DNA of 64,000 nt, taken from NCBI GenBank assembly GCA_051532035.1, contig JAOPTW010000063.1, forward strand, positions 1-64,000, in the 5' to 3' direction. The stretch's first letter is position 1. Every line of letters starts with the position of its first letter. The notes beneath the pieces are model-generated. The model worked only from the letters and a program-made list of their open reading frames with translations. It ran no database searches and was not told the origin of the DNA. Both the position numbers and the translations under genes were made by a program. The DNA comes from Fibrobacterales bacterium. GTDB lineage: Bacteria > Fibrobacterota > Fibrobacteria > Fibrobacterales > JAOPTW01. Of the stretch, positions 48,464-59,720 are shown one piece after another.

Positions 48464-49465
48464 ATGGATGATCAATCGAATACAAATAGCCCTAACGGGC
48501 CCACTTTTAGCTGGCGAGATGAACTCTCTGATGCATTAACTACCGTTGAAGCCCTTGCCCAGTACCTCAAGCTGCAAGAATCTGAAATTGCTTCAACCCC
48601 GCCAGAATTCCCCATATTTGTACCCAAATCATTTGCAGACAAGATAAACTCGAGCGACCCCAACGACCCAATCTTGGCCCAAATCGCCTTTTCTGACCGA
48701 GAACTCGAACTCCAAGAAGGATTTTCTGATGATCCTGTTGGCGATATTGACTCTGCCGTAGATTTTGGGGTTTTAAAGAAATATGCATCCCGAGCACTCC
48801 TTCTTTCGAGTCCCGCGTGCTCGGTCAACTGCCGATTCTGCTTTAGACGCAACACCAACTATCCGGTACTCAGTACAACTCAAAAAATGGAAGTTGTGCA
48901 AAAAATTGCTGCGGATGAGTCTATTGATGAGATAATTCTCAGTGGTGGTGACCCACTGATGATGGGCGACATTGAACTCTCTACCCTCTTTGAGACTTTT
49001 AACCAGATAGACTCAATTGAGCGTATCCGGATTCATACGCGAATGCCGGCAGTCCTACCGAGTCGGATTACCACAGAGCTGTGCGCTGCTATTCAGCAGT
49101 GTTCTAAAAAGATTATTATTGTTCTTCACTGCAACCACCCTAATGAACTTGATGACGTCACCAAAGAAGCCCTTTGGAAACTCTCAATCTCTGGCGCCCT
49201 TCTCTTAAACCAAAGCGTACTCCTCAGAGGGGTGAATGACTCAGTTGACACACTGGTTGCCCTTTCTGAAAAATTGATTGCACAGGGGGTTACCCCCTAT
49301 TATCTGCATCAACTTGATCGTGCCAAAGGGGCGCATCATTTTGAGGTACCCGTTGATGAGGGTCGTAAGCTTATTGCAGAGATGCGCGGATCTGTTTCGG
49401 GATATTTAGTACCTCGGTATGTGCAAGAGTTAGCGGGTGAGTCGAGTAAGACAGTGTTGCTTTAG
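48464..49465 (+). CDS. epmB: EF-P-associated lysine 2,3-aminomutase (KamA family radical SAM)
   Basis: CSVNCRFCFRR, ILSGGDPL, RIHTR, HCNHPNE, NQSVLLRGVND, PYYLHQLD; divergent from efp. Confidence 0.93.
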   Translation: MDDQSNTNSPNGPTFSWRDELSDALTTVEALAQYLKLQESEIASTPPEFPIFVPKSFADKINSSDPNDPILAQIAFSDRELELQEGFSDDPVGDIDSAVDFGVLKKYASRALLLSSPACSVNCRFCFRRNTNYPVLSTTQKMEVVQKIAADESIDEIILSGGDPLMMGDIELSTLFETFNQIDSIERIRIHTRMPAVLPSRITTELCAAIQQCSKKIIIVLHCNHPNELDDVTKEALWKLSISGALLLNQSVLLRGVNDSVDTLVALSEKLIAQGVTPYYLHQLDRAKGAHHFEVPVDEGRKLIAEMRGSVSGYLVPRYVQELAGESSKTVLL

Positions 49466-49605
49466 ACCCACAACCTTTGTAAAAACAATACATATTCCAA
49501 CACGTACCCTATTACAAGTTTGATATCCTCGCGTAAAAGCCCTCTTTTAAAGCCCCTTTTGTTGCTAATCCCACCAAATGTATGATACCCTGAACATAGA
49601 GAGCA

Positions 49606-50577
49606 ATGGAGGTAGAACTATTGGATAGAATGGCTGTTAGTGCATTAGTTGATGGGTGGCAAGAGCTTATAGATCTATTAGCTGATATTGTTAACGTGCC
49701 TGCAGGGCTCGTGATGCACTTAAATGAACAACGAGAGTTGGAAGTTTTTGTATCAAGCAAAACATCAGGAAATCCATATGCTGTTGGTGATAAAGAGATT
49801 ATGGAGAATTCAGGACTCTACTGCGAACGAGTCATTAAAACTAATAATCAACTCAAAGTCCCCAATGCACTCATTGATGACGAATGGAAAAATAATCCCG
49901 ATGTAAAACTCAACATGATATCATACCTCGGAGAGCCCATATTGTGGCCTAACGGTAATCCATTTGGTACGATATGCATCTTGGACAACAAAGAGAACAT
50001 CTACAACAAACAGTACGAAGAGCTTGTCCATTGATTTAAGGGGATTATTGAGAATGAACTATTATTACTTGATAAAAATATTCGTTTACTCAGACTTTCT
50101 GAAACAGATCAATTAACCAACGCCTATAATCGAGTCACTTTTTACAAAAAAGCTGAGGTTGATCTGTATCGTTCTAATCGCTACAAAGCAGATATGAGTA
50201 TCTTACTTTTTGATTTAGATAATTTTAAAGTGATCAATGATACCTTTGGACACCAAGCTGGAGATGTCGTGCTCACAAAATTCTCTAACCTCATAAAATT
50301 GGAACTCAGAACTTCAGATTATTTAGCACGCTATGGAGGTGAAGAGTTTATTCTCGCCCTCCCCGAAACCTCATATGACAACGCAGCACTTATCGCTGAG
50401 CGAATTCGGAAAAAAGTTTCTGAAATGGTTGTTCAGTATGACGACAAGGAAATATCTATTACGACGAGTATCGGCATCGGGAGTAATGACGAGGATACTA
50501 CTTTAGAATCATTAATTTATCGGACTGATACCGCTCTGTATGCTGCTAAAAGAAAAGGCAGGAACTTGGTCTGTTGA
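49606..50577 (+). pseudogene. GAF-GGDEF diguanylate cyclase interrupted by one in-frame TGA (50032-50034)
   Basis: ORFs 49606..50034 and 50194..50577 share a frame; the gap reads FKGIIENEL...SETDQLTNAYNR... without further stops; GGEEF intact. Confidence 0.85.
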
Positions 50578-50674
50578 TGATGGAGACTGTAACTCACCAT
50601 TTTCTATGACCTTTTAAACCATCACCCAGTTCTAGTGGGGCCCTCAATAGAGACGGTATTCATACACCTCGAGC

Positions 50675-53053
50675 CTACTGATTAATTAATGTATCTAATA
50701 GATTCAATAGTTCGTTGTTTTTGTACGGCTTTTGTAAATGCCCCATTAACCCGAAAGGCTTTAGCTGGTCAAGATCTTTCTCTCTATTAAATCCAGATGA
50801 AATTATTGCCTTTACATCCGGTTTTATAGTATGAATTTTTTTAAGACAATCACTACCGTTGAGATTAGGCATCATCATATCTAATATTATTGCATCATAT
50901 TTTTCAGGATTCATTTCAACAAGCTTGACCGCCTCAACCCCATCTTCTGCTACATCTACGGTATATCCTCTATCTTCGAGCATCATTGAGAGTGAAAGCC
51001 GTATAATTTCTTCATCATCAGCAATCAAAATAGTTCCAGAAGCCATTCTATCTGTAGTATGGCATATTTCATTTTCAATAATTTTTTTATCGCTAACCGG
51101 AAATAACATTTGAAAAGTCGTGCCTTTATTTATTTCACTCTCGACCGTTATATACCCATGGTATTGTTTGATAATGGCATATACTGTCGATAACCCAAGA
51201 CCTGTACCCATGCCCTGCGGTTTGGTAGTATAAAATGGCTCAAATATTCTAGTGAGATCCTTTTCAGAAACACCAATACCTTCATCCTTAACCGATACAA
51301 CTACATAATTACCTGGCATCAAAGTAGGATCAAGTAACTGGCATGCTTTTTCATCCAGAACTCTATTTATGGTAGAAATTATTAAAACCCCACCATCTGG
51401 TTGAGCATGAGCCGCATTAATACCCATATTCATAAAGATACTTTGTAGTTGCGCAGGGTCTGCCACAATATTACAGTCAGAGCAATCTAAATTACAGTCA
51501 ATTACTATTCGTTTATCTATTGTTCTTTCAAGAATTTCTACAGCATCTGTAATTGAAGTCTGTAAATTAACTGCTGTTGAAGAGAGTTGTGGGTGCCGTA
51601 TAAACGTCAAGAGCTTATTACTTAACTCTGCCGCTCTCCCCGTTGATTTTAGAATCATATTCACAATATTTGTTACACGCTCAATATCACCGCTATTGCC
51701 AATAATTAGTTCGGCTGCATTTGATATACCTGTAAGCATATTATTAAAGTCATGCGCTATCCCTCCAGCTAGTTGGCCAATAGCATCCATTTTTTGATCA
51801 TGCTGTAGTTGCTGTTGCATCTTTAGTTCGTGGGTAACATCTCTGAATACTATAACAAGACCACTCACTTCATTTTCTCTGTTTATAATAGGAGACCCAG
51901 AATGAGATACCCGAATTTTTGATCCGTTTTTTGTTTGTAACTCAATGTCCTGCCCCAGGTTTACGGTCTCTTTTCTCTCAATAACTCTACTAATGAGCTC
52001 ATCTACAAGCCGTAACGAGTCGTTTGAAATTGACGTAATAGCAAATACGTCTTTTAAATTTTTTCCAATTGCTTCATCACAGTCCCAGCCTGTTATAACT
52101 GACGCTATGGGGTTCATTTCAGTAATCAATCCCAAGGTGTCGGTGGTAATAACCCCGTCAGCTATAGAGTTTAATGTGGTTCTTAAATGCGATTCACTTT
52201 TAACCAATTCAGATTCATCTCTAAGACGCTCTAGTTCATGTGCAGTTCGTACTGCAACTATTTGAAGTACTGTTTCAATAAGTGAAGTATCAACAAACGG
52301 TTCTTTATTGAGAACAGCAATGAGGCCAATGGTTGCTCCAGAAGAATCCCAAAGGGGAATACCCAAGTAACTTTGAGCTTCCATATGCTGTAAGAGGATA
52401 TCTTTAGGAAACAATTCTTGTACGCCTGATTTATAGACACACATTTTGGAAGTTAAAACATTTGCACAAGGTGTTCCACTTAAGTTATATAACATCTCCT
52501 CCTGTATTTCTCCATTAGAATATAAGCCAATGGTTGAGACGGTGTTATTGGGTAGAAGCCTATCTATTATTACATAGTCAAGAGAGAACACTGTACCTAA
52601 AAATTGTACTAACGACTCAAAGTATGGCCTACCCTTTTCTTTCCATCCTTTTTGAGCAACCTGATACAGTGCATCTTCTATAATTTTATGAGTAGTAATA
52701 TCATGTGCAACACATTGAATAGAAGTTACCCCATCATGTTCATCCTTAATGGGTATCGCTTTTACATCAAGAATTTTTGTCTGCCCATTTTTATGACGCA
52801 GATGTATATGAAAGGATTCTTGCTCAATACCTTGAATGGTTAATTCTATTTTTTTTACAGTGGTCTCTTTATGAGTATCATCAATGAGATATTCTGAGTA
52901 ATGAGTGAGAAACTCATTTTGAGTATACCCTAAAATAGTTTCAATCTTGGGATTGACATAGGTACATACGCCATCTAGGTCTTGGACATAATAAAAGTAG
53001 TTGTCCCCCAGTGATTCTAACAGTTTTTTATACTCTAAGTCATTCTCAGACAT
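50675..53053 (-). CDS. PAS-GAF-PAS hybrid histidine kinase with receiver domain
   Basis: GQLAGGIAHDFNNML, NAAHA, FEPFYTTK..G.GTGLGL, ILIADDE, LDMMMP, KP. Confidence 0.93.
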   Translation of the reverse strand: MSENDLEYKKLLESLGDNYFYYVQDLDGVCTYVNPKIETILGYTQNEFLTHYSEYLIDDTHKETTVKKIELTIQGIEQESFHIHLRHKNGQTKILDVKAIPIKDEHDGVTSIQCVAHDITTHKIIEDALYQVAQKGWKEKGRPYFESLVQFLGTVFSLDYVIIDRLLPNNTVSTIGLYSNGEIQEEMLYNLSGTPCANVLTSKMCVYKSGVQELFPKDILLQHMEAQSYLGIPLWDSSGATIGLIAVLNKEPFVDTSLIETVLQIVAVRTAHELERLRDESELVKSESHLRTTLNSIADGVITTDTLGLITEMNPIASVITGWDCDEAIGKNLKDVFAITSISNDSLRLVDELISRVIERKETVNLGQDIELQTKNGSKIRVSHSGSPIINRENEVSGLVIVFRDVTHELKMQQQLQHDQKMDAIGQLAGGIAHDFNNMLTGISNAAELIIGNSGDIERVTNIVNMILKSTGRAAELSNKLLTFIRHPQLSSTAVNLQTSITDAVEILERTIDKRIVIDCNLDCSDCNIVADPAQLQSIFMNMGINAAHAQPDGGVLIISTINRVLDEKACQLLDPTLMPGNYVVVSVKDEGIGVSEKDLTRIFEPFYTTKPQGMGTGLGLSTVYAIIKQYHGYITVESEINKGTTFQMLFPVSDKKIIENEICHTTDRMASGTILIADDEEIIRLSLSMMLEDRGYTVDVAEDGVEAVKLVEMNPEKYDAIILDMMMPNLNGSDCLKKIHTIKPDVKAIISSGFNREKDLDQLKPFGLMGHLQKPYKNNELLNLLDTLINQ

Positions 53054-53271
53054 ATCTATAGGACCTTTTAGTGCGTATACTCATTATATTATTAAAAAAA
53101 TAAAATAGCACTGTTTCCCCAAAAAACACTTGATAGTAAGAAAACAGAATGGTTTTTCGATATTTCAGAGGATTTCATGAAAATCCACTCATTTCATGTC
53201 ATAGCCATTCACCTTCTAAGCATACTGAGTAAAAGTGATGCAGAGGATTATGAGATGTATCCTGCGGGAAT

Positions 53272-53304
53272 AAAAAATGGCCCATTGGATAATCCAACAG
53301 GCCA
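53272..53304 (-). terminator. Intrinsic terminator for the ricin-lectin gene
   Basis: Minus strand TGGCCTGTTGGA-TTA-TCCAATGGGCCA-TTTTTT (two G-U pairs). Confidence 0.75.
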
Positions 53305-53331
53305 CTACATTATTTATCTATATACGGTATC

Positions 53332-54243
53332 TTACTGGTGCACGATATCCCAATAAATACTGAGACCATTAGCACAATTGTCAACAACGAGAGATGCATT
53401 ATCGTCACCACTTTCAGTTTCTACAGCAAGACACTCACTGGCGTTACTTACTGATTCCAACTTAAACATATTGTTGAATTTTTTCTCTATTCTCCATTTC
53501 TGGTTACTTTGTGCAGGATATCCTTCCCAAAGCTGTACATTAGAAGAGTTTTGATCTTTGTCGAGAAGTTTCCAACCTTGAGTATTACGGATCTCATATT
53601 CACCATTACCAAGGTGAGAAAGGTTCCATACTTTTTTCTGACCATACTCAACATCACAATTATACTGGAGAGCGTTGTCACCATTCGCATCATTCCATAC
53701 TGATGCACATTTTCTTGATCTATAGTTAACGAGAGTGTATGACCCACTGAGTACTTCCTGTTTTATAGGAGTAGCAAGAGAGAATCCTGTACAGTAATCA
53801 CTTGCGACAGTTACATTACCAGGATTCTCCGCTCTCAAACAGATTTCAGGGTTACTTTTTAAACGAAATTCAAACCATGCATAGGGAGGCGCTGACTGCT
53901 CAATATACCATGAACGATAATCCTCGACCGCTTCACCATATTGCTGAACATTTGTTCCATTACCCCAGTTTTCAACATCAAGAAGTTTGTTAGATCCCAC
54001 GTTTCTGACACTGTACGTCTCTCCATCTTGATTTTTAGTAATAGAGAACGTCTGTGCGTCAGTTCCATTACATTCATACATCTGAATATTGGCACCATTT
54101 TCAGTAGACGCCCCTTGTACATCCATACATCCAGATTGCGCTCTGTAAATACCTATTTTATATTCACCATCTGCCAAATCTGCTTGTGCGGCCCCTGCAA
54201 ATACAGACAACGCTGCTACTGTAGAAAAAAGTAGTTTTTTCAT
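53332..54243 (-). CDS. Secreted protein with two ricin B (CBM13-like) lectin domains
   Basis: Signal peptide (AAQA); CMDV.GAST.NGANIQMYECNGTDAQTF, SNKLLDV, NQKW. Confidence 0.88.
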   Translation of the reverse strand: MKKLLFSTVAALSVFAGAAQADLADGEYKIGIYRAQSGCMDVQGASTENGANIQMYECNGTDAQTFSITKNQDGETYSVRNVGSNKLLDVENWGNGTNVQQYGEAVEDYRSWYIEQSAPPYAWFEFRLKSNPEICLRAENPGNVTVASDYCTGFSLATPIKQEVLSGSYTLVNYRSRKCASVWNDANGDNALQYNCDVEYGQKKVWNLSHLGNGEYEIRNTQGWKLLDKDQNSSNVQLWEGYPAQSNQKWRIEKKFNNMFKLESVSNASECLAVETESGDDNASLVVDNCANGLSIYWDIVHQ

Positions 54244-54483
54244 ATTTATTCCTATATCTTAAAGTGTGTGCTTACTACCGATACCGATAATTACTACCGA
54301 TATGGAGCCCACCTGAACAATCAGGTGTAGCTCCCAAGGTAGCTACAAATACCCAATGAGTAGATACATTCAGAACTGAGTAAGCAATATGCGTACTGAA
54401 AGCGTACTCAAATTTTGTATCTGAATACTCTTTTTATTCGTTTTAATGGTATACTATTTCCAATCCCCCATTTGAAATAGAGT

Positions 54484-55686
54484 ATGAGCATAGAATTTAA
54501 CCTGAGTCAAAAAACACATTTTATTCAACGATACACCAAAACTATGTCGATATTGCTCCCCGCATCGTCAGCATTCATTATTACCCTCTCCGACAAGCCT
54601 CTCTATGCAGCAATAATACTCGCGATATTTCTATTGTACAATATCATCTTTACAAGACTTGATAAACTCTATCAGAAAAGTTTTCTTATAACAATACGCC
54701 GTTTTCTTCATGTTCCAATCTTATTCCTACTCCCCTATGTTTCAGGGCCTCAAACCCCAGGCTGGCTCATCTCCCTCGGCCTCATTCATATCGTAACCAT
54801 AACAGAGAATAACCGTTTCATTCAATACTCCTACATCTTTATTCTCTTTTTAGCGACAATGCTTGGCATGTATGTGAGTGGCAACGACGTCGACGCACTT
54901 CTCATATCATCAATTGCCATTGCCACTACCATCACTATGAGCCTTACCACAAAAACTCTTCTGAATGAAGCGTATCTCAATCAGAAAAAAGCAAATACCG
55001 ACAAAGACATGATCCTTTCAGTTATATCTCATGATTTTAGAACTCCTCTTAATAATATTGAAAGCCTCCTCCCCCTCTTAAAAAATGATGAGTACGATAT
55101 TTCTAAACAAAATAAAGATGAAATGATTGATACACTATTAGCCCAAACAGGCAAAGTTCAATCCCTGCTCACTAATGTTCTTACATGGAGCAAAGCAAAG
55201 CGCGGGCTGATTAACCCCAAAAAAGAGCAGCTCTCTGCACACCTGCTTATTCAAGAAAGTATCGCAGCATATGAATTAACCATTGCAGAGAAAGAAATTA
55301 CAGCAACACTAGAAATCCCAGAAAATAACTCTGTTTTTTGCGATAGTGCAAGTATTCGAATCGTGTTTGCAAACATTATTCAGAATGCAATTAAGTACAC
55401 CCCTCGCGGAGGTACTATTGCCATCAGTACCTCACAAAACAGTGAGGAGCTTACGGTTCTTTTTCGCATTACCAACTCCGGTAAAGCTGTTGACTCCACT
55501 ATAGTAAACAACCTTTTTAAAACTACTCAAGTAACATCCACACTCGGCACAGAGAATGAATCAGGTAATGGGCTCGGCCTCTCTCTATCCAAAGAGCTTG
55601 TAGAAGAGAATAATGGAACAATCTATTATGACAACAGCTACAGCGAGGGTACCTCTTTTGTGGTGAAGCTACCTACTGAATCGTAG
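54484..55686 (+). CDS. Membrane sensor histidine kinase
   Basis: About 5-6 TM helices; ISHDFRTPL H-box, NAIKYT, GTENESGNGLGL. Confidence 0.92.
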   Translation: MSIEFNLSQKTHFIQRYTKTMSILLPASSAFIITLSDKPLYAAIILAIFLLYNIIFTRLDKLYQKSFLITIRRFLHVPILFLLPYVSGPQTPGWLISLGLIHIVTITENNRFIQYSYIFILFLATMLGMYVSGNDVDALLISSIAIATTITMSLTTKTLLNEAYLNQKKANTDKDMILSVISHDFRTPLNNIESLLPLLKNDEYDISKQNKDEMIDTLLAQTGKVQSLLTNVLTWSKAKRGLINPKKEQLSAHLLIQESIAAYELTIAEKEITATLEIPENNSVFCDSASIRIVFANIIQNAIKYTPRGGTIAISTSQNSEELTVLFRITNSGKAVDSTIVNNLFKTTQVTSTLGTENESGNGLGLSLSKELVEENNGTIYYDNSYSEGTSFVVKLPTES

Positions 55687-55817
55687 GGATCATCGATTAA
55701 ACACAACAAGGAGATCGCTCTGAGGGAATTTACGCTTACCAAAAGTAATCAATCATAAATCGCCTTAGAAACCGATAGGCCTAAGAGTTAGCCCTGTTGC
55801 GGGCTGATCTGTCTCCC

Positions 55818-58800
55818 TTATTCACATTGAATATTCTGTCGTACCACACCCATTTGTTCAGTAAAGCTTTCAGTAGCCCCTGAATCAAAGGCGAGTGTTA
55901 CTTGCCAGTAATAGACGCCACTCCCAACGAGACGATTGTCTGTATCCTTTATATCCCAGATGAGATCATTGATAAAGAAACCATGAATATTCGTTTGTTC
56001 AATTCTATATTCATTTTGAAACTCATCACAGAAGCCAAATCGTTGCGACCAAGAAGTGATAAATTGCCCAAGATGATCAAGAACATACACCGTTGCAGTG
56101 TAGGATCCTTGCCCTTCAAAGGTACCTACTACAAGAGACGCTAAACAGTGATGATCAAAATTATTGTTTAACGAGCGTCCATCTTCACACTGTTCCTCGT
56201 CACTCTGTTCTTCGAAAACACCATCAAAATAATTATAGGGAGCGACCCACGAATCATCGAGTGTCGCGGACGCTCGAACGCTTTCATCAAGAGGTTCACC
56301 ATCTTCATCAAATACAGGAATCACTTCTGTAGCAATTGAACCTTTGTTTACATTTTCTACACCAATGACACTAGAACGAAATTGTGCACCAATAACACTT
56401 CTCGCAAAGGCTTCGCCTTCTATAGTAACAGAGTGTTCCGTTACCTCATTATCGTATACATCAGTCACACCTGAATTCGGTGTAAATGAGATTTCATCAC
56501 CAACGGTAATCGCTGGACTTCCTTGTTCTTTATCCAAAAGTACCATCCATGATATGCCCTCTTCCCCTTTGCTCGGCTTTTTTGTGAGGGGTAGAGTAAA
56601 GGTCTTACCCTTACTTGTTGTAATGGTAAACATATCTGGCCAATGATCTTTTCGAATAATGTTTTCTGATGCAAATACCATGAGAGTATCTGGCTGAAAA
56701 TGATAGGTGTAGTCACCATCTGCATCTTTAACTGCGTATTGATAATTTCGCGCAGGTATTGAAAGAGCACGCACTAGCACCGGTCCAATGCTATCCTGAA
56801 TAGCAACCTTCACACCATCAACTCTGAGTGTTGGTTCATCTTGGGTATCCATGGTGGTCAATCCAACGGGAAATGGTTTATCAAGTTCCACTACTATTAC
56901 AGCGTAATTCTTTTTATCATCCCTTTCTAAGAAGCTTAGATTGTCCTTTTTTACGGTAATCGAGTTTTTTTCATCGGTAGGCCAGTCAATGGAAGTTATT
57001 TCTTCAGGCAGTTCTCGTAAGTCTGAATCGAAGAAAATGATAATCTGATCAGCAGCACCATCTAAATCTCGATCATAAATGTATGAAGCCCTTGGTGATG
57101 GTTGGATTGGACCATCTTCAATATCTATTTGAGTAAATGCTGTTTCCCGAGGATCAAGAGGATGCACCCAAGTAAATTCAAAAGTCTCTCCCGAAAGCCC
57201 TTCAATAATATCATTCTTTGGTGTTGGGTTTTCATCAGCGGTGCTGGCAACAGCGTAATTAGAAAAAATATGATTGGTGAATTCAAGTTCAATACTCTCT
57301 GAATCATTATCACTTACCATACTCACTTCAGGGGTAAAACCACAGGACCGTGTGTGTAACTCAAGACCCAGATTAGCAACGTTTGATCCTAAACTTGTGA
57401 GAGGACTACCAGTGGAAGATACCACAGAAAGCGTTGGAGTTTCATAGCAGACAGCATCAAACAAACTACTAGAGATGTCATGTCTTCCGAGGGTACTGAG
57501 CGGACCTTTAGATACATCTATGGTAATGTTACTTTCGAAGGCATTGCTTGTATCTCTATCACTCAGGGCTACAATATTGAGTTTATTAGTCCCAATATCA
57601 AGTGGTAGGAGTGTACTAACCACCTGATACAATTTATCATTTTGATCAAATTTTATGTATTCGGTACTTTCTAATTCTTGATCATTCTTTGCATTGGTGA
57701 TAATAGTTCTATCTGGATCACGCTCTAGGAGCGTATTCGTTAAAATTGCCTGCATCGCTTGATCAATTTGATCAGCTGAATTTATCTGAAATACCTGACC
57801 CTTTGTTTGTGTTGCTATATCACTCAGGGTATAGTGTACCGTCGATGTCAAAGAGATTGGATATATTGGCGGGAAATTAGTAGAATCAAGACCTACGGCA
57901 AAATTATTAAATGCGTCTTGAATGCCAGGATCATCTGTTGGTGATCCATCAGTTAAAAAGATAATAATTGATTCATTATCATTTGTTTGACTTACTTCTT
58001 CGAGCCATTTTGCAGCCTCAATTATTGGTGAAGAATACCATGTGCCATAAACTCTCTTTGATCCACACCCATACCAAAAGTCTGTTTCATCATAGGATGA
58101 TTGATAGACTAATTTATTCCACTGATCAGTGTCTGATAACAACCCGGGTTTTACACGGGTATCAACAGAATCGCTCCGTCGAGTACTTGGCCCCCATCCT
58201 GGCCAACTTGCGTCATAAATTTCCTGTGTTCCATTACAAATACCCGCAGCAAATCCCATAAACCCAACACTGGACTGTGGCGCTTTCTTAAGCAAGGTGT
58301 CGAGTGACCTTCTCACTGCTTTAGGTGCCCTAAACGTACCATCATGATGGGTAAACATACTCCCACTTTGATCGACCACAAAGACAATATTGAGCGGGGC
58401 CGTGAAGCTGAGGTCAGGTGGGAGGCATATATTCACACCATTTTCAGAGATTCTTGTAATGTTTTCGGGAACAATCACCGTACTATTGTTTAATTGGTCT
58501 AGATCGATACAGGCATCTTTTTTGGTTACCAAATCGCACCGAACAGGACCATCATAGATTGAGGCATCTGGATCAATATAGATTTTAAGTGTGTCTGTAA
58601 AAGAAAAACGAGGCCATTCACTATCGGCATATTCCGCTTCTATCCAAACAGTCCTATATGGGACCTCTGCTGTAAAAAGCACTGACTCACCTACATCACT
58701 AGATAGCACATCATCAGTAGCTCTATCATGATCCAATATATTCCATGTGACCCCATTACTTTTATCAACCAGCTCAACACCTGCACTGTTATAAATTTTT

Positions 58801-59393
58801 GCTGATAGTGTTACATCTTGTCCCACCATCCCAACATCTGTATTTGTGCTGAGTTTCATTTTAGAGGGGTAATTAGGATTTGACTCACCAAAAACTTCGA
58901 CCTCATAGAGGGAGTACCCGTAGATTCCTGTTCTTCTTTTACACGTCACTTTTACAAACCGGGCCTCTCGCTCTGAAAAAATAACAGCCTTCGTTTCACC
59001 GGGAGCTCCATCATTAATATTTTCTATGAGCTCCCACGTTCTCTGTTCGGACGCAATATTTACATCATCTGTTGATACTTCAATAGAGTATTGAGATGCT
59101 GCAGCAGCTTCCCAAAAAAGGATTATTTCATCAATAAGATATACTTCACCTAAATCTATAATGATATAGAAAGGGCCATTTTCAAATGCACTCCCCCAAC
59201 GACTATTATCAGATGTGGTATTCCCATCTACTACACGATCTGGTGATAATTGAAAGTTTAGATCATTCGTTTCAACTGGTGTACGATTATACGCTAAATT
59301 TGCACGTTGAGAATAGGCAATACTGCTCAGTAACAAAATACCAAACAAGATACGATACCATAAATTACTTGTACTATAGATACAATTCCCCAA
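55818..59393 (-). CDS. Secreted discoidin (F5/8C, CBM32-like) plus vWA protein with FlgD-like C-terminal domain
   Basis: Signal peptide; VDGNT...RWGS, IDLG, WEAAAASQY, ARFVKV, YSLYEVEVFG; MIDAS DQSGS and FLTDG; DHLGQFI...WDIKD...VGSGVYYW. Confidence 0.85.
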   Translation of the reverse strand: MGNCIYSTSNLWYRILFGILLLSSIAYSQRANLAYNRTPVETNDLNFQLSPDRVVDGNTTSDNSRWGSAFENGPFYIIIDLGEVYLIDEIILFWEAAAASQYSIEVSTDDVNIASEQRTWELIENINDGAPGETKAVIFSEREARFVKVTCKRRTGIYGYSLYEVEVFGESNPNYPSKMKLSTNTDVGMVGQDVTLSAKIYNSAGVELVDKSNGVTWNILDHDRATDDVLSSDVGESVLFTAEVPYRTVWIEAEYADSEWPRFSFTDTLKIYIDPDASIYDGPVRCDLVTKKDACIDLDQLNNSTVIVPENITRISENGVNICLPPDLSFTAPLNIVFVVDQSGSMFTHHDGTFRAPKAVRRSLDTLLKKAPQSSVGFMGFAAGICNGTQEIYDASWPGWGPSTRRSDSVDTRVKPGLLSDTDQWNKLVYQSSYDETDFWYGCGSKRVYGTWYSSPIIEAAKWLEEVSQTNDNESIIIFLTDGSPTDDPGIQDAFNNFAVGLDSTNFPPIYPISLTSTVHYTLSDIATQTKGQVFQINSADQIDQAMQAILTNTLLERDPDRTIITNAKNDQELESTEYIKFDQNDKLYQVVSTLLPLDIGTNKLNIVALSDRDTSNAFESNITIDVSKGPLSTLGRHDISSSLFDAVCYETPTLSVVSSTGSPLTSLGSNVANLGLELHTRSCGFTPEVSMVSDNDSESIELEFTNHIFSNYAVASTADENPTPKNDIIEGLSGETFEFTWVHPLDPRETAFTQIDIEDGPIQPSPRASYIYDRDLDGAADQIIIFFDSDLRELPEEITSIDWPTDEKNSITVKKDNLSFLERDDKKNYAVIVVELDKPFPVGLTTMDTQDEPTLRVDGVKVAIQDSIGPVLVRALSIPARNYQYAVKDADGDYTYHFQPDTLMVFASENIIRKDHWPDMFTITTSKGKTFTLPLTKKPSKGEEGISWMVLLDKEQGSPAITVGDEISFTPNSGVTDVYDNEVTEHSVTIEGEAFARSVIGAQFRSSVIGVENVNKGSIATEVIPVFDEDGEPLDESVRASATLDDSWVAPYNYFDGVFEEQSDEEQCEDGRSLNNNFDHHCLASLVVGTFEGQGSYTATVYVLDHLGQFITSWSQRFGFCDEFQNEYRIEQTNIHGFFINDLIWDIKDTDNRLVGSGVYYWQVTLAFDSGATESFTEQMGVVRQNIQCE

Positions 59394-59720
59394 AACTAAA
59401 GCCCCTTCAGTATCTGTGTGTTAGAGTTAATGTATACAAACATTGTCAATAACCTATTTCCATACATCATGTAAAGTAAAGTTTACATTTGTTCTTGATG
59501 AAAACCGTTCACTCTATTTTGTCACTGGTTATGGTGCCGGATGTCTCAAATAGGTGACCACTATACAATGTGTTCACTAAAGGTGTACGCGAATATATTT
59601 TTAACCCCAAAAACTAAATATTTAAATGTTCCCGTTTTTTAATTTACACACTCAATTAAAGTGTTGGTAAAAACATTTACTCAGCATTTTGAATGTTTAC
59701 ATTAACATGAAGGAATATGA

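Noticed and set aside
50032..50034. Selenocysteine or genetic-code reassignment of TGA
   Set aside because: No SECIS-like hairpin is visible, the position is not a catalytic Cys site, and TGA terminates other genes normally
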